Virus record (IMG/VR): IMGVR_UViG_3300045141_000107 | Span: 26,206-90,205 of that record | From: a virus | Strand: one strand, 5' to 3' | DNA length: 64,000 nucleotides | Part shown: positions 9,747-18,327 of the stretch, piece by piece | How positions within the stretch are numbered: position 1 is the first letter of the stretch | How the letters are laid out: the number at the start of each line of letters is the position of its first letter | The notes under the pieces: model-generated | The model's input: only the letters and a program-made list of their open reading frames with translations | Database searches by the model: none | Told to the model about the DNA's origin: nothing | Program-made: the position numbers and the translations under genes

Positions 9747-9798
9747 CCCGCCCTTTGTGTGCTACAATACAAAAATCTTACAGGGAAGGAGGGTACCC

Positions 9799-9900
9799 AT
9801 GTTCGAAGATCCAAATCCGCATCCGGAACCACATCCGGAGCCGCACCCGGAACCCGAGCCAGAGCCGGCACCACAGCCAGCTCCGCCGCCGACCAGGTAA
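9799..9900 (+). CDS. 33-aa Pro-rich peptide
   Basis: AGGAGG RBS; MFEDPNPHPEPHPEPHPEPEPEPAPQPAPPPTR. Confidence 0.45.
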   Translation: MFEDPNPHPEPHPEPHPEPEPEPAPQPAPPPTR

Positions 9901-9920
9901 TCCGGAGCAGAGTGCATTAG

Positions 9921-9953
9921 AATCCCCCTGTGTTGGGCTTCCGCAGGGGGATT
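9921..9953 (+). terminator. stem-loop / terminator
   Basis: AATCCCCCTG ... CAGGGGGATT inverted repeat. Confidence 0.5.
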
Positions 9954-9971
9954 TCTATGTCTGGAGAATAC

Positions 9972-10223
9972 ATGCCAAATAGACTCACACTAGCACAACA
10001 ATGGACGTCATTCGAATTGATGACTGGTGTTGTCAAGACCAGTGGTATCCAACGCCATGAAATGCGCCGTGCGTTCTATGCAGGCGCAGCAGCACTGATG
10101 GATGCAATGATGATCGGCCTTAGTGCAGATGCCGAACCAACTGAAGCAGACATGCAGTACATGGACTCTATCGCCGACGAACTACGACAGTTTGCTGAGA
10201 ATGTATCAATAGGGCGGGCATAG
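9972..10223 (+). CDS. hypothetical protein
   Basis: GGAG RBS; QRHEMRRAFYAGA motif resembles small phage proteins. Confidence 0.6.
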   Translation: MPNRLTLAQQWTSFELMTGVVKTSGIQRHEMRRAFYAGAAALMDAMMIGLSADAEPTEADMQYMDSIADELRQFAENVSIGRA

Positions 10224-10224
10224 A

Positions 10225-10284
10225 AAGACCCCCTACTTTCTCCTGCTAGCGGCGGGCAAGCGCCGCAGGAGTTTCAGGGGTCTT
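10225..10284. terminator. long hairpin between convergent genes
   Basis: nested inverted repeats AAGACCCC/GGGGTCTT, CTCCTGC/GCAGGAG. Confidence 0.5.
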
Positions 10285-10321
10285 CCACTCACCCGCCGTG
10301 GCATACGGGTGATCCGGCGAA

Positions 10322-10618
10322 CTAGAAGCTTGCTTCTTCCTCTTCGTCGTCCTTTACGTTGGGCGCAGGAAACATCTTCTCAAGACGTGCCTGCTCGGCT
10401 GGTTCAAGCAGGTGAACGGAGAAGCTGCGCCAGTATTCGTTCTCTCTTCTTAGCATCTTCTCGTTGTGGTCCATTATCTCTTTGAGATCTAATATCTGTT
10501 TGTCCTTGGATTCTATCAGCGCTTTGGACAGATACGATATCGCTCCAGTCAACACGCCCATAATGCCGCCAATAGCTGCAAGTGTTGTGAGATTTAGAAC
10601 GAATTGTTCGTCCGCCAC
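10322..10618 (-). CDS. membrane protein (N-terminal TM + coiled coil), lysis cassette
   Basis: LAAIGGIMGVLTGAISYL hydrophobic segment followed by a charged heptad region. Confidence 0.6.
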   Translation of the reverse strand: MADEQFVLNLTTLAAIGGIMGVLTGAISYLSKALIESKDKQILDLKEIMDHNEKMLRRENEYWRSFSVHLLEPAEQARLEKMFPAPNVKDDEEEEASF

Positions 10619-10623
10619 AGTTT

Positions 10624-11727
10624 CTACGGCCGATTGGGGAATGGGGGTGTTGGTAGGGGTGGGCGAGGTGTTATCGTTGGTCTGGGCGTAAAGGTTGGCC
10701 GAGGCGTAAAAGTAGGACGCGGAGTGAACAGCCGATCTATTAACGAAGGTGTATTTGTTGGCCTCGGGGTCGGGGGTGGCACACTTGTTGGTGGCACAGA
10801 GGTAGGAGGTAAAGGGACAGATGTACTGGTCGGCACCTCCGGTACTCGTGTTGGTTGTGCCGGTACCGACGTCGCAGTAGGTATTACAACTGGTGGCGCA
10901 CTGGTAGGGGTTGGCTGGCTTGGGATTGGTGTAGACGGTGCTACAGGAGCATCTGTGGGGCGCCCAACAACGGGTGTGTTTGTAGCAGCTCCAGGAACTG
11001 ACGGTGACGTCGGCTGAACAGGTACAGGAGTGTTAGTTGCCTGCCCTGGAGCGACAGGTACAGATGTATTCGTCGGCGGGCTACCTGGGGACTGTATAGG
11101 GCCAGATGCGATAACCGTCTGCGGCGTGGGAGCACTATCGTCTTCTGGCTCTGGTGTAAATACAGGGGTAACCACGTCAACAACCCTATCCGGTTCCCTG
11201 GCTGACTCCGCGGCAATGGGTTCTCCATTTTGGTCTGGTACTTCCTGTTCTGGCTCCGGAGTAGCTGTTGGTATGATAACTATGGTAGCCTGAGGCTTTA
11301 CTGCGGGCTTGGGTGCCACAGGAATAGCTATCGTCGCCACCAGGAACGGTGTAGACGTAGGACCTGCTTGTTCTATTGGTGTTGGATTGGTTTCTACTGA
11401 CACCACGTTGTTGTCCTCGTCTACATCTACCGCCAGCACAACTGGAGTTGCTTCCTGTGTCGGCACACCCTCAGCCTGCACACCTTGTGCAGAAACTACA
11501 ACATCCCCCTGAGCATTGTGGCTAAGTGTCACTTGCAGCGCTACTGGAGCTATCGGGGTCTCCGTTGGCCCGATTGTCGCCGTAGGAATAGGCGTGGGTG
11601 AAGGCGGTATTGCATTGACTACATGGACAGCCGATATATTCACTATCAGCAGCATGAGTCCAACGCCAGCCCAACCAGCAACAAACATCCATGCCCAAGG
11701 ACCAAGATAGCCCCAGAACGACCTCAT
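10624..11727 (-). CDS. membrane-anchored Pro/Thr-rich protein
   Basis: likely start ATG 11727 (ATGA overlap); N-terminal TM/signal segment, then ~300 aa of PTATP/PTFTPRP-type low complexity. Confidence 0.65.
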   Translation of the reverse strand: MRSFWGYLGPWAWMFVAGWAGVGLMLLIVNISAVHVVNAIPPSPTPIPTATIGPTETPIAPVALQVTLSHNAQGDVVVSAQGVQAEGVPTQEATPVVLAVDVDEDNNVVSVETNPTPIEQAGPTSTPFLVATIAIPVAPKPAVKPQATIVIIPTATPEPEQEVPDQNGEPIAAESAREPDRVVDVVTPVFTPEPEDDSAPTPQTVIASGPIQSPGSPPTNTSVPVAPGQATNTPVPVQPTSPSVPGAATNTPVVGRPTDAPVAPSTPIPSQPTPTSAPPVVIPTATSVPAQPTRVPEVPTSTSVPLPPTSVPPTSVPPPTPRPTNTPSLIDRLFTPRPTFTPRPTFTPRPTITPRPPLPTPPFPNRP

Positions 11728-11894
11728 CTCAATAGAATTGCTACGTTGGTGGCTCCAAGCAATATCGCCGTCTGAGCATCCATCTTGTTGGTCAGCCACA
11801 GAACCAAACAAGCAACGATGACCAGGATCGCAATCAGCGCACCAATCCACCCACCGTATACCACGGGATAAGTACGCGTCGTCTGTACTGCCAT
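11724..11894 (-). CDS. 56-aa membrane protein (not in ORF track)
   Basis: MAVQTTRTYPVVYGGWIGALIAILVIVACLVLWLTNKMDAQTAILLGATNVAILLR; TAATG and ATGA couplings at both ends. Confidence 0.65.
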   Translation of the reverse strand: MAVQTTRTYPVVYGGWIGALIAILVIVACLVLWLTNKMDAQTAILLGATNVAILLR

Positions 11895-12109
11895 TATGTG
11901 CCTCCCTCGTTGGGTGCAGCCGGAACTAGATACGCTACGCCGAAACTGATGACCGTGATCAGTGCACCCGCTACAACCACAGGCATCGTAATACCGAACA
12001 TACTGAGTACCCAGATGATGATGGTAGTCACAGCCGCACCAACACCACCCGCTGTTACTTTCCGTACTGGTGCAGCAGATGGAGCATCAACTGATTTGGC
12101 TTCACTCAT
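11894..12109 (-). CDS. holin (2 TM)
   Basis: RKVTAGGVGAAVTTIIIWVL and VVAGALITVISFGVAYLVP TM segments, directly after the endolysin. Confidence 0.7.
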   Translation of the reverse strand: MSEAKSVDAPSAAPVRKVTAGGVGAAVTTIIIWVLSMFGITMPVVVAGALITVISFGVAYLVPAAPNEGGT

Positions 12110-12846
12110 ACACAAGCCTCCAGACCCAGATCGTTAGCCAGTGCTTGGAACCGCCCAGAGTTCCACCATCTGTTCCCACAGCACTGCGTCCGTGAGCTAG
12201 GGCTGATGATGCGGTGACCCATCAAGTACCTGATGTCTGGGAACATCTTCAGGGCAACCTGGCACACTTCCAGCGTACCCTGGTACTGAGCATCGGTTAC
12301 TGTCGTGCTGCCAGAGCCATTGTCTTCTGTCTCAACGGTTACCGTCTGGTAGTTAGGGTTCTGGCTGTTGCCCACAATGCCCACCCACTTGTTACCAGAC
12401 TCTAGGATACCGTTTGCCCAGGAACCATCTCGCAAGTTTACGTATTGATGCTTCTGCCCTCCTAAGCCAATACCAAAGTGAGAAGAGACTTGTGCAGCAG
12501 AATTCTGAAACCAATTGTCACATGAAGACAGGGTGCCAGCCATCGTATGAATCACAATAGCTACTACCCGCATGCCAGCCCTACCGTTGTAATGATTGGG
12601 GCTGGCGATGTACTGGATATTCGCTTCTGGCGGTATGGGTGGTGGTATGTCGCGCGTGTACAGTGGACTTCTGGAATTGAGCCTTCCCGTCCAAGTTGGA
12701 TTCAGCGCCAGTAGCCAACCTTCAACGGAATCTGCCCCGGACTCCGACGCCAACCACCTACCATCTTCCATCGCAGCCAAGGCGCGTGTGATAGCAGACT
12801 GTTGCTGGCTCAGAGTAGCCATTCGCCATTCCAGGTTGTCGTCCAT
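12106..12846 (-). CDS. endolysin, N-acetylmuramoyl-L-alanine amidase (Amidase_2)
   Basis: SPNH..R, IVIHT, SSHFGIG, GHR...CCG zinc-amidase motifs; likely start ATG 12846 (TGATG coupling). Confidence 0.85.
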   Translation of the reverse strand: MDDNLEWRMATLSQQQSAITRALAAMEDGRWLASESGADSVEGWLLALNPTWTGRLNSRSPLYTRDIPPPIPPEANIQYIASPNHYNGRAGMRVVAIVIHTMAGTLSSCDNWFQNSAAQVSSHFGIGLGGQKHQYVNLRDGSWANGILESGNKWVGIVGNSQNPNYQTVTVETEDNGSGSTTVTDAQYQGTLEVCQVALKMFPDIRYLMGHRIISPSSRTQCCGNRWWNSGRFQALANDLGLEACV

Positions 12847-13025
12847 CAGTACAGTGGCTTCTTGGGGCTTGTTTGGATATTGGGATCTAGCGCCTTGACC
12901 CAACCATCCACGGTATCGGCCCCACCAGCCCAACGAGCTTCAAGTGCAGCCCTGATTGCGTTGGTCTGATAAGCCTGCTGCTGCTCAAGCTGGTGTATCT
13001 TAGCCGCCATTTCCTCAGGGTTCAT
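12846..13025 (-). CDS. 59-aa protein paralogous to the endolysin N-terminal domain (not in ORF track)
   Basis: GGAG RBS; MNPEEMAAKIHQLEQQQAYQTNAIRAALEARWAGGADTVDGWVKALDPNIQTSPKKPLY. Confidence 0.7.
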   Translation of the reverse strand: MNPEEMAAKIHQLEQQQAYQTNAIRAALEARWAGGADTVDGWVKALDPNIQTSPKKPLY

Positions 13026-13284
13026 GGTTTACTCCGTTCATGCTTTGTTCTTCCTTGGGTGTGATGAGTAGTTCGTTCTGTTCTTCCTTGAATTCAACAC
13101 TGTAACTCTCTGGCAATTTCTCACCAGCCTGATCTGCTATCAAGAGAATCACATCACGCACGTTCTGCTCGGCAAGCTTGGCTGCATTTATGGCAGCTTG
13201 CACTACCGAATTTGCCTCATCAGAGTGTCCTATCAAGTAGGACAACCTCCTTGCAGTATGGTTGTTGAGTTGCAGTGTTATCAT
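13015..13284 (-). CDS. hypothetical protein
   Basis: 89-aa ORF with GGAG RBS. Confidence 0.55.
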   Translation of the reverse strand: MITLQLNNHTARRLSYLIGHSDEANSVVQAAINAAKLAEQNVRDVILLIADQAGEKLPESYSVEFKEEQNELLITPKEEQSMNGVNHEP

Positions 13285-13291
13285 GGCGCTC

Positions 13292-14365
13292 CTAGTGTGG
13301 ATATGTAGTGGTCGGGCAGTAGACTAGCCACAGATTGCCGTTCATGCCTGCTCCAAAGTTGCAGTTCATCTGCACAGCAACAACCGTCCCTGCATTGACA
13401 AGAACTGCACCACCAGCTCCATCATAACCAGTATGCCAGCCGTAGTTTGTGGCTCCAGGAGCAGGGTTGTTGAAGTTCTGTTGCGTCCCAATACTACCAC
13501 CAAACCTGAACCTGATGAAGCCACCGTATGGAGCAGGAGCACCACCACCGAAGTAGCAGTGTATCATTCCTGCCCAATAACCTGTTCTGTTTACGGTAAT
13601 AGCTGCGATGTCTACCCACTGCCCACCAGTACCTGAGCTACCTACACTAAGACCAGTACTCAGGACAGATAACGCAGGAGGCAAGACTCTGTTGTAGGCA
13701 GCTTCCCAGCTCTCACCGTTGCTCCATACACGACTTGGACCCCAGGCACTATTGGCTCTAGCTTGCCAAGTGTCTCTCTGGTTGACCATGTCGTTGTAGT
13801 AGCCGACGTAGGCGTTGTAGTTCTGCTCCCAGGTAGAACCATTGTTCCACTGTCGGCTTGGTCCCCAGTAGTAGTCTGCCTGTCCCTTCCAATAGGCAGC
13901 AGTCTGGCTCCAGAAGACAGCATTTGCTGGTTGCCCAGGATAGCTGTAAGCATAACCCTGAGGATCTCTGGCATTTCGCCACTCATTACCCCATTGAGCA
14001 TTCCACTGCTCAGCGGTGGTGGAGTAGAACTGTCCGTTGTTCCAGCCTGGCGGATGCTGCGCCCCTAGTCCAGAGCTACCCTGGCCTCCACCAGTATCAC
14101 GAGCATTGTTGTACTCTGTGACGTACATTGGAATCCACTGTCCGGCAGTGGTACTCCAAAGCTGTCCATTTACCCACCCTGTAGGATGTGATCCAGTAGA
14201 GGTGTCCCTAGCGTTGGCGTACTCTGTGTTATATCCGGTCTGCCACTGTGTAGACGTAGTAGACCAGCGCTGTCCGGGTGTATACCCAGAAGGAGGATGG
14301 ACTCCTGTGCTATTGTCGTTAGCCTGCCCAACCCAATAGCCTACTTGAGAAGCAGCGTATGTCAT
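13292..14365 (-). CDS. Trp/Tyr-rich repeat protein, putative fibre or receptor-binding protein
   Basis: repeats EYxNARD...HPxGWxxGQxWSTTAxQW, beta-rich C-terminal domain; distal to the baseplate genes. Confidence 0.55.
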   Translation of the reverse strand: MTYAASQVGYWVGQANDNSTGVHPPSGYTPGQRWSTTSTQWQTGYNTEYANARDTSTGSHPTGWVNGQLWSTTAGQWIPMYVTEYNNARDTGGGQGSSGLGAQHPPGWNNGQFYSTTAEQWNAQWGNEWRNARDPQGYAYSYPGQPANAVFWSQTAAYWKGQADYYWGPSRQWNNGSTWEQNYNAYVGYYNDMVNQRDTWQARANSAWGPSRVWSNGESWEAAYNRVLPPALSVLSTGLSVGSSGTGGQWVDIAAITVNRTGYWAGMIHCYFGGGAPAPYGGFIRFRFGGSIGTQQNFNNPAPGATNYGWHTGYDGAGGAVLVNAGTVVAVQMNCNFGAGMNGNLWLVYCPTTTYPH

Positions 14366-15216
14366 GCTGCCCTCCACTGGATGCCATTGCTCTTGAAGCT
14401 GTATGCATCGCCAGCGACTACTATACCGTTCTGGACAGCGCCAGTAACCAGATTAGTAGACCCTCCAAACACCGTGCTGCCACCAGTAGCAGTTACCGTG
14501 ATTGTACCAGCCTCAGCAGCAACTGTGATGGGTCTTTCTGTTAGTGTTGGGTCTGGAAGCACTAAGCTCTGTGCAGATGCCAGATAGCCGAAGAAGAACA
14601 GCTTGCCTGCCAACATCGCAGCGGTAACGGGTGTGACATTGGACCTGAGAGTTGTGTTCTTGTACATGCTCTCAGGATCACTACCCGTGCTAGGGTGTAA
14701 GTAGGCAAGGCAGGTACCGCCAGCGGGGTTCTCCAGAGCAATCCCAAACGCTGCGGAGGTACCAAGTGCAGTACCAGTAGCTATAACACTGTTATCCTGC
14801 GTTACGAGGTACTGGAGGCGGCTGATACCAGTAGCCTTCGTCCGCACAAAACCTTCCATCGCAACGCGTCCGACAGCACCAGCGGCGATGTCTTCTACAA
14901 CAACGCCAACCATCTCACCTCTGGCGCCTGCGACTGGCATGATGAAACCTCGGTCCACAGCAGGATCGAGCATCACCACGTCGCCACTTTGTCTGGCAGC
15001 ACCAGTATTGTTCACGAAGTCCTGGCTTAGCCCACCTGTGAGGGTGATAGTGGAGAAACTCCATCTGCCAGTGATTACTTCGTTGAAATCAAAGAAAGTG
15101 CTCCTATCACTCAGGCTCGAGTTGAATCTGGTGGTATCCCTAACACCAGCGTTTGGTGTAGGGTCATCATCAGTTACCTCTGGAAGTAGAAATCCGTGTC
15201 GAACGGTTGTTTGCAT
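14362..15216 (-). CDS. baseplate-associated / fibre-anchor protein (DUF2190-like middle domain)
   Basis: follows the DUF2313-like gene; NNTGAARQSGDVV...VGVVVEDIAAGAVGRV pattern. Confidence 0.5.
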   Translation of the reverse strand: MQTTVRHGFLLPEVTDDDPTPNAGVRDTTRFNSSLSDRSTFFDFNEVITGRWSFSTITLTGGLSQDFVNNTGAARQSGDVVMLDPAVDRGFIMPVAGARGEMVGVVVEDIAAGAVGRVAMEGFVRTKATGISRLQYLVTQDNSVIATGTALGTSAAFGIALENPAGGTCLAYLHPSTGSDPESMYKNTTLRSNVTPVTAAMLAGKLFFFGYLASAQSLVLPDPTLTERPITVAAEAGTITVTATGGSTVFGGSTNLVTGAVQNGIVVAGDAYSFKSNGIQWRAA

Positions 15217-15225
15217 TTGCTCACC

Positions 15226-15879
15226 TTACTCAAATCGGAGATCTGCCCAGGTTACGTTGCCAAGATCTGCCCACGTTCTGTCCGTCATGTTGCTGGTGTC
15301 ACCATGCCAAGTCACTTCACTATACTCAATGAAGTAACCCAGGTGTGATGGCTTTATGCGCTTGATCATGAGGTTTATATTCGACTGTACGTTGGGCGGA
15401 AATCCCTTGGGTTTGATGATGCGAATACTGAAACTATAACGCCTAAGATCGGTTGGCGGCAAGTCGAAGTATTCTACTACTGCAATCTCATCTGCATACT
15501 GTGCGATCTGCGAGTGTATATATGCAGGCGTAGGTGTTGCGGTACCCTGCATTCTAGTGATAATATTCGCCCTGCGCTCTGGTAGCGTTGATGAAGCATC
15601 AATGGGTGAGCTGAACATCTGTTCCCAGTACGCCATCGCTGCTTCGTTGGCAGTGCGCACAAACCACGCGGAATGCATCGGTTCCAGGTTCGTAGTCAGT
15701 TGCTGCCCGATGGCTCCATATATCTCTGCATCGGTCATGAAACGCACGAACCTGCCTATCGGGTCGAATTCAAACCCGAGAGCCATCAGGAACTGCTGCA
15801 TGAAGTCGTCTTCTTCCCAGTAAGTGGGCAAGTTCTCCATCAAGAGCTCGCCCCAACCGTAGAAATCTTTGTCTCTCAT
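15226..15879 (-). CDS. baseplate wedge protein (DUF2313/YmfQ-like)
   Basis: LPTYW, WEQMF, ERRANI, IKPSHL motifs; follows baseplate J. Confidence 0.75.
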   Translation of the reverse strand: MRDKDFYGWGELLMENLPTYWEEDDFMQQFLMALGFEFDPIGRFVRFMTDAEIYGAIGQQLTTNLEPMHSAWFVRTANEAAMAYWEQMFSSPIDASSTLPERRANIITRMQGTATPTPAYIHSQIAQYADEIAVVEYFDLPPTDLRRYSFSIRIIKPKGFPPNVQSNINLMIKRIKPSHLGYFIEYSEVTWHGDTSNMTDRTWADLGNVTWADLRFE

Positions 15880-17522
15880 ACAGCCGTTACCGTCCCTGCA
15901 ACTGGTTTCTCAGTACCCGTAACGGTTACGTTGTTGGTACTGAAGGAAGATGCTCCAGCACGCCTGATACCGTAACCCGTAGAGTACATATCAAACGTCT
16001 CGATGCCATCTGTCCCTGCAATAGCTGCCTGCTGCACGCGGTAGAACATGACGTGCCCATCTTCGCCGCCAACAGGCTGAGCATTGAGGAAGGTAGTAAT
16101 AGCATCCCTCGCCTGCTCTTGCACTGCCACCAGGCTGAAGTTCTCTTGCACAGTCAGAGTAAACCTGGCTTCGATCAGTGCAGCCACAGCAGCTTCTACA
16201 GTGACGTGTGCCCCGATTGGTCTACGGGTCTGGATGTAATCGTACACTTTGCCTACTGTAGCAGCGTCTGGAATAGAGTTATCGGAGTTGACGATAACTA
16301 CCTTGACAGTGCCGTATCCTGCCCATTCCTCAATGACGCTAACCGTACCCAGGCTAGTTCCCGGAGTTTCGCGTGCCCAGATCTGGTAGTCTGTATCGTT
16401 ACCACCAGCGGACCTCTGCCGAACCGTCAACAGGAACCTGCTCAGGAACAGTCTGTCCGACTCCCTGTCTACACCATCAACAGCAGGCACAGGGTTTGTC
16501 ACCCTGCTAACGAACGAGACAGGTACTGCCAGTCTGTTGATAGCACCCGCCAGAACGTTGCCGTTTCTGCCTGCTATTGCCGCTTGAACCCTGACACCAG
16601 TGAAGATCTTGTAGGTCGATGTCAGATCAGGAATACCACCTGGATCCCAATCCATGACATTGATAGTGGTAGCAGTGTTGTTGATCACTTTGCGCCACTG
16701 GTTGAGACCCTTGCCCAGAGTGATCAGGACATAGTAATCCTTCCACTGGTCCACAGCCCACGCCGCAGTGTTGTCTGTCAGACTAGTTGTAGTAGAGCTA
16801 GTCACCAGCCCTGCAACCGGATTCTTGAACGTTATAGGGGCCGTCTCCAAACTATTGAAGACCAGTGGTCTGTCTGTAGTGTTCGGTGTTGCTGTAGTGC
16901 TGAAGGAAATAGTGCTAGGGATCACGGTACCTACGGCAGCCGTGACTTCCATCACCGTCTGTGCGAAACTGGCTGTATTCCTCAGTACACCATGTTCTTC
17001 AGCACGCAGGTCTAGCAGCGCACCACCCATGAACTGCGCAAAACCCTGTGGAAACAGATCGTCCAGACGCTTGTAGATCTTCTCAAACTCTGGTGCCTGT
17101 GCAGCAGTCATATCCCAGGGTACTTGTCCCTGGCGCTTGTCGTATGGTAACCCATTGGGTGCTATTCCAATGCGGTCCATAATGCGCTGCTGGATGACGT
17201 CTGTTGTATTGTTGGTCTGAAACGGTAAGGCAGGAAGGTTGACGCTAATCCTGAAAGCATTGTCCAACTGTGCTATGTCTTCGCCGCCATTATCAACCAC
17301 CATGGAATAGAATCCAATGGGAATGGTATTGGCGGGTACAACCGAGCGAATCATACTGCTAGTTACCAGTTGGAAATTCGCCAACGGGTATTCTACTGGC
17401 GGATCCTCTGGGCTTAGCAGTCTAGCTACCGAAGTAGTTAGAAATCCAGTCCCAGTGATCTCTACCGTTGTATCAACACCAACCTGGGTCAACGTTGGAG
17501 ATACTGAGATAATTGTTGTCAC
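15876..17522 (-). CDS. baseplate J-like protein
   Basis: LDLRAEEHGVLR, GRNGNV, GVDRESD, GGNDTDYQIWA, GTVKVVI, RPIGAHVTV motifs. Confidence 0.85.
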   Translation of the reverse strand: MTTIISVSPTLTQVGVDTTVEITGTGFLTTSVARLLSPEDPPVEYPLANFQLVTSSMIRSVVPANTIPIGFYSMVVDNGGEDIAQLDNAFRISVNLPALPFQTNNTTDVIQQRIMDRIGIAPNGLPYDKRQGQVPWDMTAAQAPEFEKIYKRLDDLFPQGFAQFMGGALLDLRAEEHGVLRNTASFAQTVMEVTAAVGTVIPSTISFSTTATPNTTDRPLVFNSLETAPITFKNPVAGLVTSSTTTSLTDNTAAWAVDQWKDYYVLITLGKGLNQWRKVINNTATTINVMDWDPGGIPDLTSTYKIFTGVRVQAAIAGRNGNVLAGAINRLAVPVSFVSRVTNPVPAVDGVDRESDRLFLSRFLLTVRQRSAGGNDTDYQIWARETPGTSLGTVSVIEEWAGYGTVKVVIVNSDNSIPDAATVGKVYDYIQTRRPIGAHVTVEAAVAALIEARFTLTVQENFSLVAVQEQARDAITTFLNAQPVGGEDGHVMFYRVQQAAIAGTDGIETFDMYSTGYGIRRAGASSFSTNNVTVTGTEKPVAGTVTAV

Positions 17523-17986
17523 CGAATCGTCCTTGCGAAACTAAACTCTTTCTCGTGCCCCGAAATGGTTACCACGCGGAACGACAGATAGAGCTGGTCC
17601 CCCTGTACCTGTGTAACGAAGTTGTCAATGAAGCGTATCAGGTCGATATTGCCAAGACACTCACGTACATAACGCTCGGCAACAGACTGTATAGCTAGCT
17701 CACTCAAACCGCGCCCAATGATGACCCAAAAGTCCGAGCCGAACCCTTTATCGTAAGCATTATACATCAGCCGCTCTGTGATCATCGACTTGACGATAAG
17801 CTGCTCAAGGGTCATAGCGGGGTTGGCAAACACAAACTGGTTGGACTCATTGAACACAATCAGAGAGCCATCTGCTGTGTCAAAGTTCAACAATGGTGCT
17901 GTGCCCCAAGTTGGTTCGGTAGAAGGGTCCTGGACGTCGGCAATGAACGCTGGATCCTCAAACCTGGGTACGGTTTGTATAGGCAT
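17519..17986 (-). CDS. baseplate wedge protein (DUF2634/XkdS, gp25-like)
   Basis: KSMITER..Y...FGS, RYVRECL motifs; upstream of J. Confidence 0.7.
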   Translation of the reverse strand: MPIQTVPRFEDPAFIADVQDPSTEPTWGTAPLLNFDTADGSLIVFNESNQFVFANPAMTLEQLIVKSMITERLMYNAYDKGFGSDFWVIIGRGLSELAIQSVAERYVRECLGNIDLIRFIDNFVTQVQGDQLYLSFRVVTISGHEKEFSFARTIR

Positions 17987-18327
17987 TAGTGAGCCTTTAC
18001 TACCTCATCGGTTGAGACTTTCCCATTCTTGCTCGTGTCTGAAGCATTCAGTACGGCATCGATGAAGTCTAGTAGATTTCGGTCCACCAAGCCCCACTGC
18101 ATTGCTTCAACCTTTGCCTTGAGATGGGCATAGTCTGCATCCTCCAACTCGAGAACATCAGTACTCGCATCTAACTTATCGAAGATGCGGATACCTTTGC
18201 GCATCTCTTCGATGTTGACTCCCTTGTCTTTCTCCAATGGCTGGCGGATAACAGTACGGATCACTTCATCGTATGAAAGTGGCTGACCATCAGGCACTTC
18301 GATTGTGCGAAGAGGGATGTATTTCAT
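17986..18327 (-). CDS. hypothetical protein (tail-fibre associated)
   Basis: 113 aa; LELEDADYAHLK motif; coupled to both neighbours. Confidence 0.55.
   Translation of the reverse strand: MKYIPLRTIEVPDGQPLSYDEVIRTVIRQPLEKDKGVNIEEMRKGIRIFDKLDASTDVLELEDADYAHLKAKVEAMQWGLVDRNLLDFIDAVLNASDTSKNGKVSTDEVVKAH

Noticed and set aside
10225-10320. tRNA or other known ncRNA
   Set aside because: Hairpins are present but I see no T-loop or cloverleaf; position between convergent genes fits termination
11728-11850. Cys-rich N-terminus of the Pro/Thr protein; likewise 12847-12933 for the endolysin
   Set aside because: Alternative-frame read-through of the small coupled genes 11724..11894 and 12846..13025
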